NCBI GenBank assembly: GCA_963750935.1
Contig: CAVVSR010000017.1
Coordinates: 500 to 64,499 of the forward strand
Source: an uncultured Acidobacteriota bacterium
Lineage (GTDB): Bacteria > Acidobacteriota > Vicinamibacteria > Vicinamibacterales > 2-12-FULL-66-21
Reading direction: 5' to 3'
DNA: 64,000 bases
Shown: positions 40,773 to 50,521 of the stretch, in pieces
Numbering within the stretch: the first letter of the stretch is position 1
Layout: the number at the start of each line of letters is the position of its first letter
Position numbers and translations under genes: made by a program
The notes under the pieces: model-generated
The model's database searches: none
Seen by the model: the letters and a program-made list of their open reading frames with translations, nothing else
What the model was told of the DNA's origin: nothing

Positions 40773-41822
40773 TCAGCGGCTCGCTTCCTGATCCTTCGTG
40801 AAGATGTCGGAGGCCTTCTCCGACAGCCAGTTGAACAGGTGCCGCGTTTCCCAGAACCGGCCGTTGTTCGAGCCGGCGCCGAGCACCACGACCGCGACCT
40901 GATGATTGCTCTGCGGCAGGCGCAGCAGCGTCGCCAGGCAGTAGCCGGCCTTGGTGATGAACCCGGTCTTGCCTCCGAGCACGTCGACTTCCCCGCCGCG
41001 AACCAGGTGGTTGGTGTTGCGAATCGGGATGGTGCGGCGGTGCGTGCGCGCCGTATAGGAGGCGGTCCGCATGATCGGCGACATCCGCTCGTCGTGCGAC
41101 GCGAACGTGATGAGTCGGGACAGGTCGTAGGCAGACGAGATGTTCGCCGGATTGAGGCCTGACGGATCCGCGAACGTCGTGCTTTCCAGACCGAGCTCGA
41201 TGGCCTTCTCGTTCATGCGCTCGACGAACGAGGCGGTCCCGCCGTGCGACACGCGCGCCAGCGCCCGTGCGGCGGCGTTGTCCGACGCGATCAACGTCAG
41301 GTGCAGCACCTGGTCGAGAGTGATGCGGTCGTTCGCCCGCAGATAGGTGGTCGAGGCGGCGTAGACGTCGCTGCGCTGGATGGTGATTTCCTGGGACAGG
41401 TCGGGGTTGTCCTCGAGGAACACGACCGCGGTCATCACCTTGGTGATGCTGGCGATCGAGCGCTTGGACTGCCCGTTCTCCTCCCAGAGCACCTGGCCGG
41501 TTTCCGGACTGAAGATGATGGCGGCGGCGGCGCGGACATCCGGCACGAGGGCGCCGGTCGCGTCGGTCTTGTACCGCGGCGTCATGGCATCCTGCAGAGC
41601 CTTGACGCGGGCCTCTTCACGGGCACGGGCGGCGGCGCGGGCGCGCGCCAGCCTGGCCTTGCGGGCCTTGGATGCCGTGGCCGAGTAGGTCGGCTTGCGG
41701 TCGCGAACTTGAGCGGTAGTCTTCCGTGCCGCGGCCTCAGCGAGAGCACCCGGTGCAAAAAGACCGAGGGCAAGCGGCAGCGCAAGCAGTCGAGCTACGT
41801 TCAGAGGGCGGATCAAACGCAC
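40773..41822 (-). CDS. D-alanyl-D-alanine carboxypeptidase (PBP5/6, peptidase S11)
   Basis: SIASITK (SxxK), IASDNAA (SxN) and GGKTGF (KTG). The signal peptide VRLIRPLNVARLLALPLALGLFAPGALA follows a GGAGGA RBS. Start is the GTG at 41822 or the TTG at 41816. Confidence 0.85.
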   Translation of the reverse strand: MRLIRPLNVARLLALPLALGLFAPGALAEAAARKTTAQVRDRKPTYSATASKARKARLARARAAARAREEARVKALQDAMTPRYKTDATGALVPDVRAAAAIIFSPETGQVLWEENGQSKRSIASITKVMTAVVFLEDNPDLSQEITIQRSDVYAASTTYLRANDRITLDQVLHLTLIASDNAAARALARVSHGGTASFVERMNEKAIELGLESTTFADPSGLNPANISSAYDLSRLITFASHDERMSPIMRTASYTARTHRRTIPIRNTNHLVRGGEVDVLGGKTGFITKAGYCLATLLRLPQSNHQVAVVVLGAGSNNGRFWETRHLFNWLSEKASDIFTKDQEASR

Positions 41823-42564
41823 GAGTCCTCCGATACGACACCGGCTGGCTGGGAAATCAACCGTTGCAGTGAATTGGAACGACAGCAGTGTAGCAGCAAA
41901 CAGCCCGCGGCGCAACCAGAAGTGTAACCGGTCCGTGGGTTTAGTGGCTCGACCCCTGCCGCTTCCCTTTGGCTCTCCGTCTCGAGCTGGCCTCTACGCA
42001 AGAGCGGTACCACCCCAGCCATACGTCGCGTCGCCCTTCAGTCCCGACCCGACACCTGCTTTTCGGCAGGCGCGTGACCCAGGTTTACTCGACCGCACCC
42101 AATGGTGGGGCGCGACGACTCCGCGTGGACGCGTCACAGCCTCCGGCCGGCCGGGGGCAACTCCGGACTCGCTCCGCGCCGTGGGAGCCCGCGCGGCATC
42201 GCGAGGCGTCCAGCGCAGCGTCGACTGATGCCTGGAGGCCTCGAGGCGCGAACGTGATTTGCGTGGGATGTCAGCGGGAACACGCTTGGCGAGGACGGCG
42301 TCCTACCGAGTATGAAGTCGCGTGGCGACGACGCTCACACGCTGCCCATTCGAGTGAAGAGGGAGTTGAGGGCGGTTGGAGTTTCTGGATTTGCGATTCG
42401 TGATTCCGTCGGGGTGGCGCCAGAACTCAAGACGTTAGTCCTCCAAAAGAGAGACTTTTAACTGATGCTGGCCACTTATTCCGATGCTGTGTCGCCATTC
42501 ATAGCCGCCAAATCGGACTTTCTTGCAGGTACGGGACTTGCTTGGCGTCGGTCTGGAGCCTCAT

Positions 42565-42765
42565 ATGATGAGTCTGGTTCGTCTCCTCGGGTTCACGACA
42601 CTCGGGTGCGGGTGCGTGACCGGCCACTATCGTGAGGTCGCGACAAATCGCGAGATCACTTACGTCGAGGAAAAGGGCACCGGCTGCGAGCAGCATGCGC
42701 ACCGGCGCAATCACACCCTCACGACCACGCGCTTCGGCCTGTCCGGCGCCGCTCGCGCATCCTGA
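42565..42765 (+). CDS. small Cys/His-rich hypothetical protein (66 aa)
   Basis: ATG at 42565 with GGAG about 8 nt upstream. MMSLVRLLGFTTLGCGCVTGHYREVATNREITYVEEKGTGCEQHAHRRNHTL... The C-G-C...C..H.H pattern suggests metal binding. It ends 80 nt before the methyltransferase. Coding status not proven. Confidence 0.4.
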   Translation: MMSLVRLLGFTTLGCGCVTGHYREVATNREITYVEEKGTGCEQHAHRRNHTLTTTRFGLSGAARAS

Positions 42766-42845
42766 CTGACCGTCGCTGCGCGACGCGATCGCCCCGTCGT
42801 GGCGGTCGTATCATCGTGGCGCAGCGGCCCGTATAGACTGACGCG

Positions 42846-43811
42846 ATGCCCTCGTCCGGGTCTCGCGTTCGTCGCGTGCAGCCTTACAGCGTCCTCACCG
42901 TCGGCGGCGCCACGCTGACTTTTTTCCACGGCGATTGCCTGGACGTCTTCCAGTCGCTGGAGCCAGGCGCCATTTCGTTGATCGTCACCTCCCCGCCGTA
43001 CAACCTCGGGGTCCGCTATCGCAGCTACGACGACACGCTCCCGCGCCGCGACTATCTCGCCTGGACCGATGCGTGGATCGATGCGGCGCGGCGCGTCCTG
43101 GCGCCGCAGGGATCGCTGTTCCTGAACCTTGGGGCCAAGCCGACCGACCCCTGGACGGCAATGGACATCGCGCAGGCCGCCCGCAAGCACCTGCACCTGC
43201 AGAACACCATCCACTGGATCAAGTCGATCGCCATCGACAAGGATGCCGTCGGCGGCACGGTCACGCTGGAGCGCGACCTTGCCGTCGGCCACTACAAGCC
43301 GATCAACAGCACGCGGTTCGTCAACGACTGCCACGAGTTCGTCTTCCACTTCACCCCCGACGGGCGCACGCCGGTCGATCGTCCGGCGGTCGGCGTCGAG
43401 TACCAGGACGCCTCCAACATCGCGCGCTGGCGCAGCGGCGGCGGCAATCGCCGCTGTCGCGGCAACGCCTGGTTCATCCCCTACGACACCATCAAGAGCC
43501 GCGACAAGGATCGGCCCCACCCCGCGACGTTCCCGCCGCGACTCGCCGAATACTGCCTCCGCCTCCACGACCCGGGCCGGATCGCGGTCGCGATGGACCC
43601 GTTCCTGGGCCTCGGCAGCAGCGCCGTCGCTGCGGCACAGCTCGGCGTGAACTTCATCGGCGTGGAGATCGACGAGTACTACCTGAAGGAAGCGATCGAA
43701 CGGGTCAAGTCGTCGCTGAATGCCCGCGGGTTGTTCGATGCGAACGGACGCCGGCCGGCGAAGAGAAAGCCCGGGCCTCGCAAGAGGAAGCCCGGGCCCT
43801 CGACCACCTAG
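42846..43811 (+). CDS. site-specific DNA methyltransferase, beta class (N4-cytosine or N6-adenine), no adjacent endonuclease
   Basis: Motif IV LIVTSPPYNL precedes motif I MDPFLGLGSSAVAA (beta-class order). There is a basic tail RRPAKRKPGPRKRKPGP. Confidence 0.85.
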   Translation: MPSSGSRVRRVQPYSVLTVGGATLTFFHGDCLDVFQSLEPGAISLIVTSPPYNLGVRYRSYDDTLPRRDYLAWTDAWIDAARRVLAPQGSLFLNLGAKPTDPWTAMDIAQAARKHLHLQNTIHWIKSIAIDKDAVGGTVTLERDLAVGHYKPINSTRFVNDCHEFVFHFTPDGRTPVDRPAVGVEYQDASNIARWRSGGGNRRCRGNAWFIPYDTIKSRDKDRPHPATFPPRLAEYCLRLHDPGRIAVAMDPFLGLGSSAVAAAQLGVNFIGVEIDEYYLKEAIERVKSSLNARGLFDANGRRPAKRKPGPRKRKPGPSTT

Positions 43812-44081
43812 CCGCGCGCGCACGGCGCACCGCCATGGTGTCGTCCCTTCCTTCGAGCACGACCAGTTCGACAGAAATGTCGAACCAAATTGACACAATT
43901 GTCTGAGTTTTCTTACACGAAGTTTCGTAGGCTTTAACCCCAGCCGGGGCGAATGGCGCCAGCACACGGCCGGGTTGGTTGTAGTACTCTAGGGGCGCTT
44001 TTTCTTTCCTCACAGAAGGCTTCAGTGCTTTTCATCCGTTCGGGCACCCGCACGTCAATCCGCCAGAATCAAGGAGTCTCG

Positions 44082-47000
44082 ATGTACAAGGTCCTACGCA
44101 CAACGATCGCGCTGATTTTCGCGATCGGGCTGCTACCGGCGATGGCCGTCGCACAGACGGCAGCGACGGGAAATATCGAAGGCGTCGTCAGCGACGCAAC
44201 CGGAGCCGTCCTGCCGGGCGTCACCGTGATCGTGAAGAATCTCGACACGAATTTGACCCGCGAAGTGGTGACCGACGAGGGCGGCCGCTACCGGGTGTCG
44301 GCGCTCCAGGTGGGGCGCTACCAAGTGACGGCGACGATGGCCGGCTTTGCCGCCGCGCCCATCAGCGACATCCCGGTGCAGGTCGGCCAGACCCAGCCGG
44401 TCGATATGCGGATGCGACCGGAGGGCGTCACGGAAACCGTCACGGTCAGCGGAGAGAGCCCGATTCTCGACACCGCGCGCACCGACGTGAGCAACGTCGT
44501 CGGCGAGGTCGCGATCGCGAACCTCCCGATCAACGGCCGCCGGTGGGAGAACTTCGTGCTCCTCAGCCCGGGCGTCACCAACGATGGCGGGTTCGGCCTG
44601 GTCAGCTATCGCGGCATCTCCGGGCTCTACAACAACAACACGGTGGACGGCGTCGACAACAACCAGGCGTTCTTCTCGGAAGCGCGCGGCCGTACCCGCG
44701 CGTCGTACTCGATCAGCCAGGCCGCCATCCGCGAGTTCCAGGTCGGCGTCAGCAACTTCTCGGCGGAGTTCGGCCGGGCCGCCGGCGGCACGGTCAACGC
44801 GGTGACGAAGTCGGGCACCAACGACATCCGCGGCGAAGGCGTTCTATTTCCGCCGCGACGACGAATATCAGGCGCGCGAGCCGTTCACGCCGACCAAGCC
44901 CGAGGAGATGCGCCAGCAGTTCGGCTTCAGCATGGGTGGTCCGCTGCAGCAGGATCGCTCCTTCTTCTTCGTCAACTTCGACCAGCAGCTGCGCGACTTC
45001 CCCGGCTTCTCGCGGGTCGGCAGCACCACGTTCCTGACCGGCGCCTGCGCCGTCCCCGGCTGCGCGTCGACCATCGATTACATCAATTCGCTCAGCAAGT
45101 TCTTCCCGCGCGAGGGCAATAACCGGATCCTGCTCGGCAAGGTCGACTACGCGCTCAATTCGAAGAACAACCTGACCGTGCAGTACAACATGCACCGCTG
45201 GGACTCGCCGAACGGCCAGGAAACGCGCGCGGTGGTGACGGTCGACGAAAGCGCGATCGCCAAGGACGTCGTCAAGACCGACTTCATGGTGGCCTCGCTG
45301 AACACCGTGCTGTCGCAGAGCTGGCTCAACGAGATTCGCTTCCAGTACGGCCGCGACTTCGAGGCCCAGGAGCCAAACGCGGACGGCCCGGCCACGACCT
45401 TCTCGGGCAGCTCCGCGATCAACTTCGGCATGGCCGACTTCCTGCCCCGGCCGAAGTATCCCGATGAGCGGCGCGTGCAGTTCATCGAGAACGTGTCCTA
45501 CTACACGGGCGCGCACAACCTGAAGGCCGGCATCGACGTCAACTGGGTCAGCGAAACGCTCATCAACCTGTTCCAGGGCGGCGGCGTCTACGCGTATCCG
45601 GCCAACGTCCAGGCGATCGCGTCGGATTGCCCCGCTCAGGCAACCGGCTGCGTGCCGCTCACCCAGGGCGCGGTCTCGGATCTGCGCCACTACACCACGT
45701 ACACGCAGGCGTTCGACCTGCGCGGCGGCGGGCTGCGCGGCGACGCGCAGTTCTCGACCGCCGACTACAACTTCTTCATCCAGGATCAGTGGCGTATTCG
45801 CGACGACCTGACGCTGAACGCGGGCGTGCGCTACGAGTACCAGAAGCTGCCGCAGCCGGATGAAGTCGAAGTCAACGGCATCGTCATGGGCGGCAATCCG
45901 GCTTATCCCGCGACCACCAGTTTCAACCAGGACAAGAACAACTGGGGCCCGCGTCTGGGGCTGACGTATGACGTCGGCGGCCAGCACAAAACGGTGTTTC
46001 CGTGCGGGATACGGGCTGTACTTTGGCCGCTCCAGCAACAGCATCCTCTTCACCGCGTTGACCGAGAACGCGGTCACCTTCGCGACCTACACGTTCACGC
46101 CGACGTCGGCAGGCGCGCCGCAGTATCCGAACGTCTTTACTGCGCCGCCGAGCGGCACCGGCGCGCGTCCGAGCATCCGCTACCTGTCGCCCGATCTCGA
46201 GCGGCCGGAGATCCACAGCGCCGAGGCCACGATCGACCGCCTGCTCGGCCGGAACCTCACGGTGTCGGCGTCATACCTGTACAGCAAGGGCACCAACCTG
46301 CCGACGTTCATCGACACGAACCTGCCGGCCCCGAACTCGCAGGTGACGTACGTCGTGGCTGGTGAGAACAAGGGCACGTTCCCCTTCTTCCGTGGCGCGC
46401 GTCCCGACGCGAACATCAACAACGCGATCATGGTCGCCGACACGGTCGACTCCGAGTACCACGGCCTCGTGCTGCAGCTGAACAAGCGTTTCAGCGGCGG
46501 GCTGCTGTTCAACACCAGCTACACCCTGTCAAAGTCTGAGGACTCGGGCCAGAACTCGACGACGTTCATCTCGACGTTCTCGACGGTCTACAACCCGTTC
46601 GATCCGGACTTCGAGCAGGGTATTTCGTCGACCGACCGCCGCCACCGCTTCGTCGGCAGCTTCCACTACGCGCCGACGTGGTCATGGGGCATCCAGATCG
46701 GCGGCGTGGGCACGTTCGAGAGCGGACTGCCAATCACGGCCGCGATCAGCGGCGGCGTGGCCGCGGCGACTGGCGCCACCAACACGGCCACCACCAACGG
46801 CAGCGGCGCGTCGAACCGCTCGCCGTTCGACGAGCGCAACGGCTTCCGCCAGACGGGCCGCAAGACGATCGACCTGCGCCTCTCCAAGACGTTCGACCTC
46901 GGCGGCCGCCGCCAGCTCGTCGCCCTCTGGGAGTCGTTCAACATCGTGAACTGGACCAACTACACGAGCTTCTCGGCGACCAAGTACAACGTCGCGAGCT

Positions 47001-47134
47001 CGAGCTACGACGCCGCCACCAACATGGCGACGGTCAACCTGACCGAGAACACGGGCTTCCTGGTGCCGAGCGCGGCCAGCAGCACGCTGTTCGGACCGCG
47101 CGACATGCAGTTCGGCCTGCGGTTCCTCTGGTAG
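44082..47134 (+). pseudogene. TonB-dependent receptor with N-terminal carboxypeptidase-regulatory-like domain, two frame breaks as sequenced
   Basis: AAGGAG RBS, then signal peptide MYKVLRTTIALIFAIGLLPAMAVA. A CarboxypepD_reg domain follows (GVVSDATGAVLPGVTVIVKNLDTNLTREVVTDEGGRYRV). The barrel ends ...MQFGLRFLW. Breaks at GG 44838-44839 (..IRGE|AFYFRRDD..) and CC 46000-46001 (..KTVF|RAGYGLYFGR..). Confidence 0.85.
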
Positions 47135-47156
47135 GCACCGCGGCTCGCGGGCAATG

Positions 47157-47198
47157 AAAAAGGGCCGTCCAGGAATTCCTGGACGGCCCTTTCTATTT
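47157..47198. terminator. Rho-independent bidirectional terminator
   Basis: A perfect 12-bp stem GGGCCGTCCAGG-AATT-CCTGGACGGCCC (47162-47189) is flanked by AAAAA upstream and TTTCTATTT downstream. It lies between the convergent receptor and VWA genes. Confidence 0.85.
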
Positions 47199-47224
47199 GT
47201 GCGGCTGCTCGGTGTGGTCGCTGA

Positions 47225-48481
47225 CTACGAACTCTTCTTCAGCATGTACGACGTCCGGTGCCAGACGTTGGCGCCCGGCTTCTTCACCTTCACTTCAAGG
47301 GTGCGGCGCCGCTTCGTCGGATCGGGGTTGGTCGAGTAGTAGCCGACGACGTAGTAGTCGCTGGTCTCCTGGTCGATGCGCTTGAGCGCCTTGGTGAAGT
47401 CGTTCTGGTTGACGACGGCGATGCCGCCGGTCAGCTCGGCGAGCACGCGCAGCGTGTCCTGCGTGCTGCGCACGTACTCCTGATACTCGACCATGTCGAT
47501 CTTCTCGTCGAGATCCGGGCCGCCGACCAGGCCGCGCGGGTCGATCGTGTAGATCGTGGTGTTGGCGCGATTCGCGGCGCGCGTCAGCTCCGCGAGGTCG
47601 CTGACGAGGTCGGCGAACGCGAACTGATTCCCCTGCTTCGCCTGCACCGCCGGATCGTTGGGATCGTCGCTCGGCTGCGTGCTGCCGTCGCTGTTGTCGA
47701 CGTTGGAGCGCAGCTGCCCGTACCGCTCGAGCGCGTTCTTGGCGCGGGTCTTCGCAAACGGGTTCAGGTCGTAGCCGTTGCTGACGTAGATGAACGCCTT
47801 GCGGCGGTTATGAACGCCTTCGAGCTGGCGCATCATGTCCATCGCCGTCGAGAAGGCCACGTGGGCGCGATGGCGCACTTCGGGCGGCCCCTGCGAGCCC
47901 TCGGGCACGTCGAGGATGTCCTTCGGCGCGAGGCCGGCGCCCGAGATCTTCTTGAGCGCCTCGTCCAGCCGCTTGTGGTCGTAGGTCAGGTTGATCGACA
48001 GCGACGACGGCCCGGTGGAGACGATGCCGAACATGTCCCCTTCGTGGATCAGTTCCTTCGCGATCTTCTTGAACAGGTCGCGGATGCGGCCGGTGTTGCG
48101 GAAGTCGAGATGCAGGTCGTCGACGAAGATCAGGAAGATGCGGCCCGCCGCGTCGGTCGGCGGACGCGTCGGCGGCAGCACGATGCCTTCTGCGACGGGT
48201 GCGGGAGGCGGCGCCGCGATGTTGTAGCTGCGGCCGCCATGCGTCAGGGAGAACGAGATGATGTTCTGTGGCACGCCGTCCTCGAGGACCTCGAAATCCT
48301 CTTTTTTCAGGTCGGCGATGAATTGGCCGGCGCTGTCCCGCACGACCACGTCCGTGGTGACGAGTTCAACGCGCGTTGTGAAGTCTGGCCGCCGCTGATC
48401 CTGGGCGTCGATTGCCGCCGTGCCCATGAACGCCAGCCAGAGAGCCGGAACGAACCTCTCCCACCGGTGAATTGCTCGCAT
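47225..48481 (-). CDS. VWFA-related (acidobacterial-type) von Willebrand factor A domain protein, secreted
   Basis: Signal peptide, then TTRVELVTTDVVVRDSAGQFIADLKKEDFEVLEDGVPQNIISF, then a VWA core (IFLIFVDDLH...). Confidence 0.85.
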   Translation of the reverse strand: MRAIHRWERFVPALWLAFMGTAAIDAQDQRRPDFTTRVELVTTDVVVRDSAGQFIADLKKEDFEVLEDGVPQNIISFSLTHGGRSYNIAAPPPAPVAEGIVLPPTRPPTDAAGRIFLIFVDDLHLDFRNTGRIRDLFKKIAKELIHEGDMFGIVSTGPSSLSINLTYDHKRLDEALKKISGAGLAPKDILDVPEGSQGPPEVRHRAHVAFSTAMDMMRQLEGVHNRRKAFIYVSNGYDLNPFAKTRAKNALERYGQLRSNVDNSDGSTQPSDDPNDPAVQAKQGNQFAFADLVSDLAELTRAANRANTTIYTIDPRGLVGGPDLDEKIDMVEYQEYVRSTQDTLRVLAELTGGIAVVNQNDFTKALKRIDQETSDYYVVGYYSTNPDPTKRRRTLEVKVKKPGANVWHRTSYMLKKSS

Positions 48482-48505
48482 GCCGTTGATTATAAAGCCT
48501 GTGGG

Positions 48506-49245
48506 CTATTCGTGGGATCCCTCGTGGTCGTCGGCGTCATCCCCATCGTCCGGATCGGCCTCCCCGGCCTGCTCCGGTGAGCTGCCGGGTGCGCTCGAGC
48601 CCGCGGCCTCATGCGGACGATTCCCCTGGCCTGACCGCGACTTCCGGCGCCGCCGCCGTCGACCGATGACGCCGCGGAGAGACTCGAACACCGTCTCGTA
48701 CTCTTCCAGCCCTTGGCGGACCTCGTCGTCCGTCACCCAGGTGTCGGGGTTCAGCCGGTCGGCCGCGGTCTTGAGCTGCTCCTGGCGCTCGGGGTCGGTA
48801 ATGCGCCTGGAAATACCAGCCATGACGTCGGCGTAGCGCGCCCGAAGCCGCGCGAGGCCTTCGGATCCGAGCTGAGCATGCGCAGGGTTCAAGGGCTCGA
48901 ACGGGGGCTCGATGGGCGGCTCGCTCTCCACAACCGGCGTCGGCGCCTCTCCGGTTCCAGCTCGGCCGCCCGCGGCTCGACCGCTACCGCCGGCCGCTCC
49001 GTCTCGGACGCCCGGCGCTCGTTCCCGGTCGGCCGTCGCTCGGGTTCGCGCGGGACGAAGCCGACTTCCTCCTCGCCCTTCAGGATCTGGGGCCAATCGA
49101 ACCGGATGTGCGGATGATGCTCCTCGATCAGCCGGATGGCGTCTTCGTCCAGCGGTGCGCGTCCGACGCGAACGCCGGCAGGGGTGCGGAACCAATACAA
49201 CACGCGCGTTCGCCCGCGGCCGCGACGGCGGGCAGGGCTGTGCAC
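48506..49245 (-). pseudogene. conserved hypothetical protein (Arg-rich N-terminus, Glu/Pro-rich centre, acidic tail), one frame break; start uncertain
   Basis: ORF 48889..49245 (..RVLYWFRTPAGVRVGRAPLDEDAIRLIEEHHPHIRFDWPQIL..) continues in ORF 48506..49195 (..APTPVVESEPPIEPPFEPLNPAHAQLG...DDADDHEGSHE). The join is near 48947 and behaves as one missing base. The frame is open upstream to about 49283 (LPTLRFTRDKRGYENTFVV) without a canonical start. Confidence 0.5.
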
Positions 49246-49301
49246 GACGAACGTGTTCTCGTAGCCGCGCTTGTCGCGCGTAAACCGCAGGGTTGGCAGG
49301 C

Positions 49302-49955
49302 CTATTTCCTCTTCTGTGTTCGGGCTTTCACTGCCGGCGCGCCGCGTTTGGCCGCCCCCTTCGGGGCGACCTTGCGGCGAGGCTCGGGCGGGGTCCGCTT
49401 CCGGACGCCAGCGGACTTCGCCGCGGTCGTTCGTGTGGTCCGGGCCGCGGACTTCGCCACGGGCTTGGCTACAGGCTTTGCCGCCGGCTTGGACTGGGCT
49501 GGCTCAGGCGCCCGTCGCGGCTCAACCGTGGGCGCGCGATGCGCCAGCGTGAACCGCGTCTGGTCGCCAATCGTGTGATAGCTCCAGATCTCGGCGACGT
49601 TGACCGAATTCTCGGTGGCGAGCCGCTTTGCGATGTCGACGGAGCCGGCCGGGACGTAGAGGTGGAAGGGCGCCCGCGCCCGTCCGAGATGGGCCCACTG
49701 CGCCATCGCTTCGAGATGGTTAACTGATTCAGCCGTTTCGACTTCCACAGTTCCCATCAGCTTGCGGCCGCTGTCGGTCGAGGTCAGCACGAGGTCGGGA
49801 AAAATCTGCACCGGGCCGATTCGGACCGGCACGGTCTGGTCTTCGCCGATGTTGGTAACAACCTCAACGCGACGCTTGAGACGCACCTGAAGAAGCCTGA
49901 TGACCCGATCGTGCTCGAGCTGTTCGCGGACGGGCCGCACCAGAATGGGACTCAC
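49302..49955 (-). CDS. hypothetical protein with a histone-H1-like Lys/Ala/Pro-rich C-terminal tail
   Basis: 217 aa. The globular N-terminal ~140 aa contain IFPDLVL...GTVEVETAES, which I read as only a weak PD-(D/E)xK-like pattern. The tail is SKPAAKPVAKPVAKSAARTTRTTAAKSAGVRKR...KGAAKRGAPAVKARTQKRK. Confidence 0.55.
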   Translation of the reverse strand: MSPILVRPVREQLEHDRVIRLLQVRLKRRVEVVTNIGEDQTVPVRIGPVQIFPDLVLTSTDSGRKLMGTVEVETAESVNHLEAMAQWAHLGRARAPFHLYVPAGSVDIAKRLATENSVNVAEIWSYHTIGDQTRFTLAHRAPTVEPRRAPEPAQSKPAAKPVAKPVAKSAARTTRTTAAKSAGVRKRTPPEPRRKVAPKGAAKRGAPAVKARTQKRK

Positions 49956-50104
49956 TTGACCTCCGGCCGAGACAGTAACCCGAATTGCCTCAGATCAGAA
50001 ACGCGAATTTTACAGGCATTGGGACCGAATGCGCACACGCCGAAGGCAGATCCCCAAACTGCCCGACCCTTGACGTACAACTGACTCGGGCTGAGAATGA
50101 TACG

Positions 50105-50521
50105 GTGATCGCGCCTGCTGGTCCCCGTCACGCGGAAGCCGCCACGAGCACAATTCTGATCGTGGATGACGACCAGTCGGTGGCCGACACCTTCGCTCGG
50201 ATGCTCCAGCTGGAAGGATTCAAGGTGAAGACCGCGCTCACGGCCGAGGACGGGCTGGAGGCCGCGTCTGCCCTGCTGCCTGACGCCATCATCCTGGACA
50301 TGCGAATGCCGATCACGAACGGCCTGCAGTTCCTGCGTCAGGTCCGTGCGCGGCCACCGCTCGCGAACATCCCCGTGGCGATCGTCACCGGGGACTACTT
50401 CCTGACCGATCCCGTCCAGAAGGAACTGGGCAAGCTCGGCGCGTCGATCCGGTTCAAGCCGCTCTGGCTCGAGGACCTGATCGCGCTGGCGAAAACCCTC
50501 ATCAACGCCAACGTCGCGTGA
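50105..50521 (+). CDS. stand-alone response-regulator receiver domain protein
   Basis: TILIVDDDQSV...DAIILDMRMPITNG...PVAIVTG...KP carries the receiver signature residues and there is no output domain. The GTG at 50105 is chosen within ORF 49985..50521. The stop overlaps the hemE GTG (GTGA). Confidence 0.8.
   Translation: MIAPAGPRHAEAATSTILIVDDDQSVADTFARMLQLEGFKVKTALTAEDGLEAASALLPDAIILDMRMPITNGLQFLRQVRARPPLANIPVAIVTGDYFLTDPVQKELGKLGASIRFKPLWLEDLIALAKTLINANVA

Noticed and set aside
41916-42520. Structured ncRNA (tmRNA, RNase P RNA, SRP RNA, tRNA) in the long non-coding gap.
   Set aside because: I scanned both strands by eye for hallmark motifs. These were a tRNA-like GGTTCGA T-loop with a CCA end, the RNase P GAGGAAAGTCCGG and ACAGAA.CCGGCTTA boxes, and the SRP GGAAGCAGCC motif. 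I found none. A covariance-model search would be decisive.
42499-42714. 71-aa minus-strand ORF opposite the small Cys/His ORF.
   Set aside because: It has no RBS and its sequence looks hydrophobic and random. The plus-strand ORF has an ATG with GGAG at the right spacing and sits in operon-like position before the methyltransferase.
43866-43885. Hairpin GTTCGACA-GAAA-TGTCGAAC downstream of the methyltransferase, and a nearby TTGACA (43890-43895), as terminator and promoter.
   Set aside because: The stem is only 8 bp with no T-run. No acceptable -10 hexamer lies 16-18 nt after the TTGACA (TTACAC/TACACG). I noted them but did not call them.
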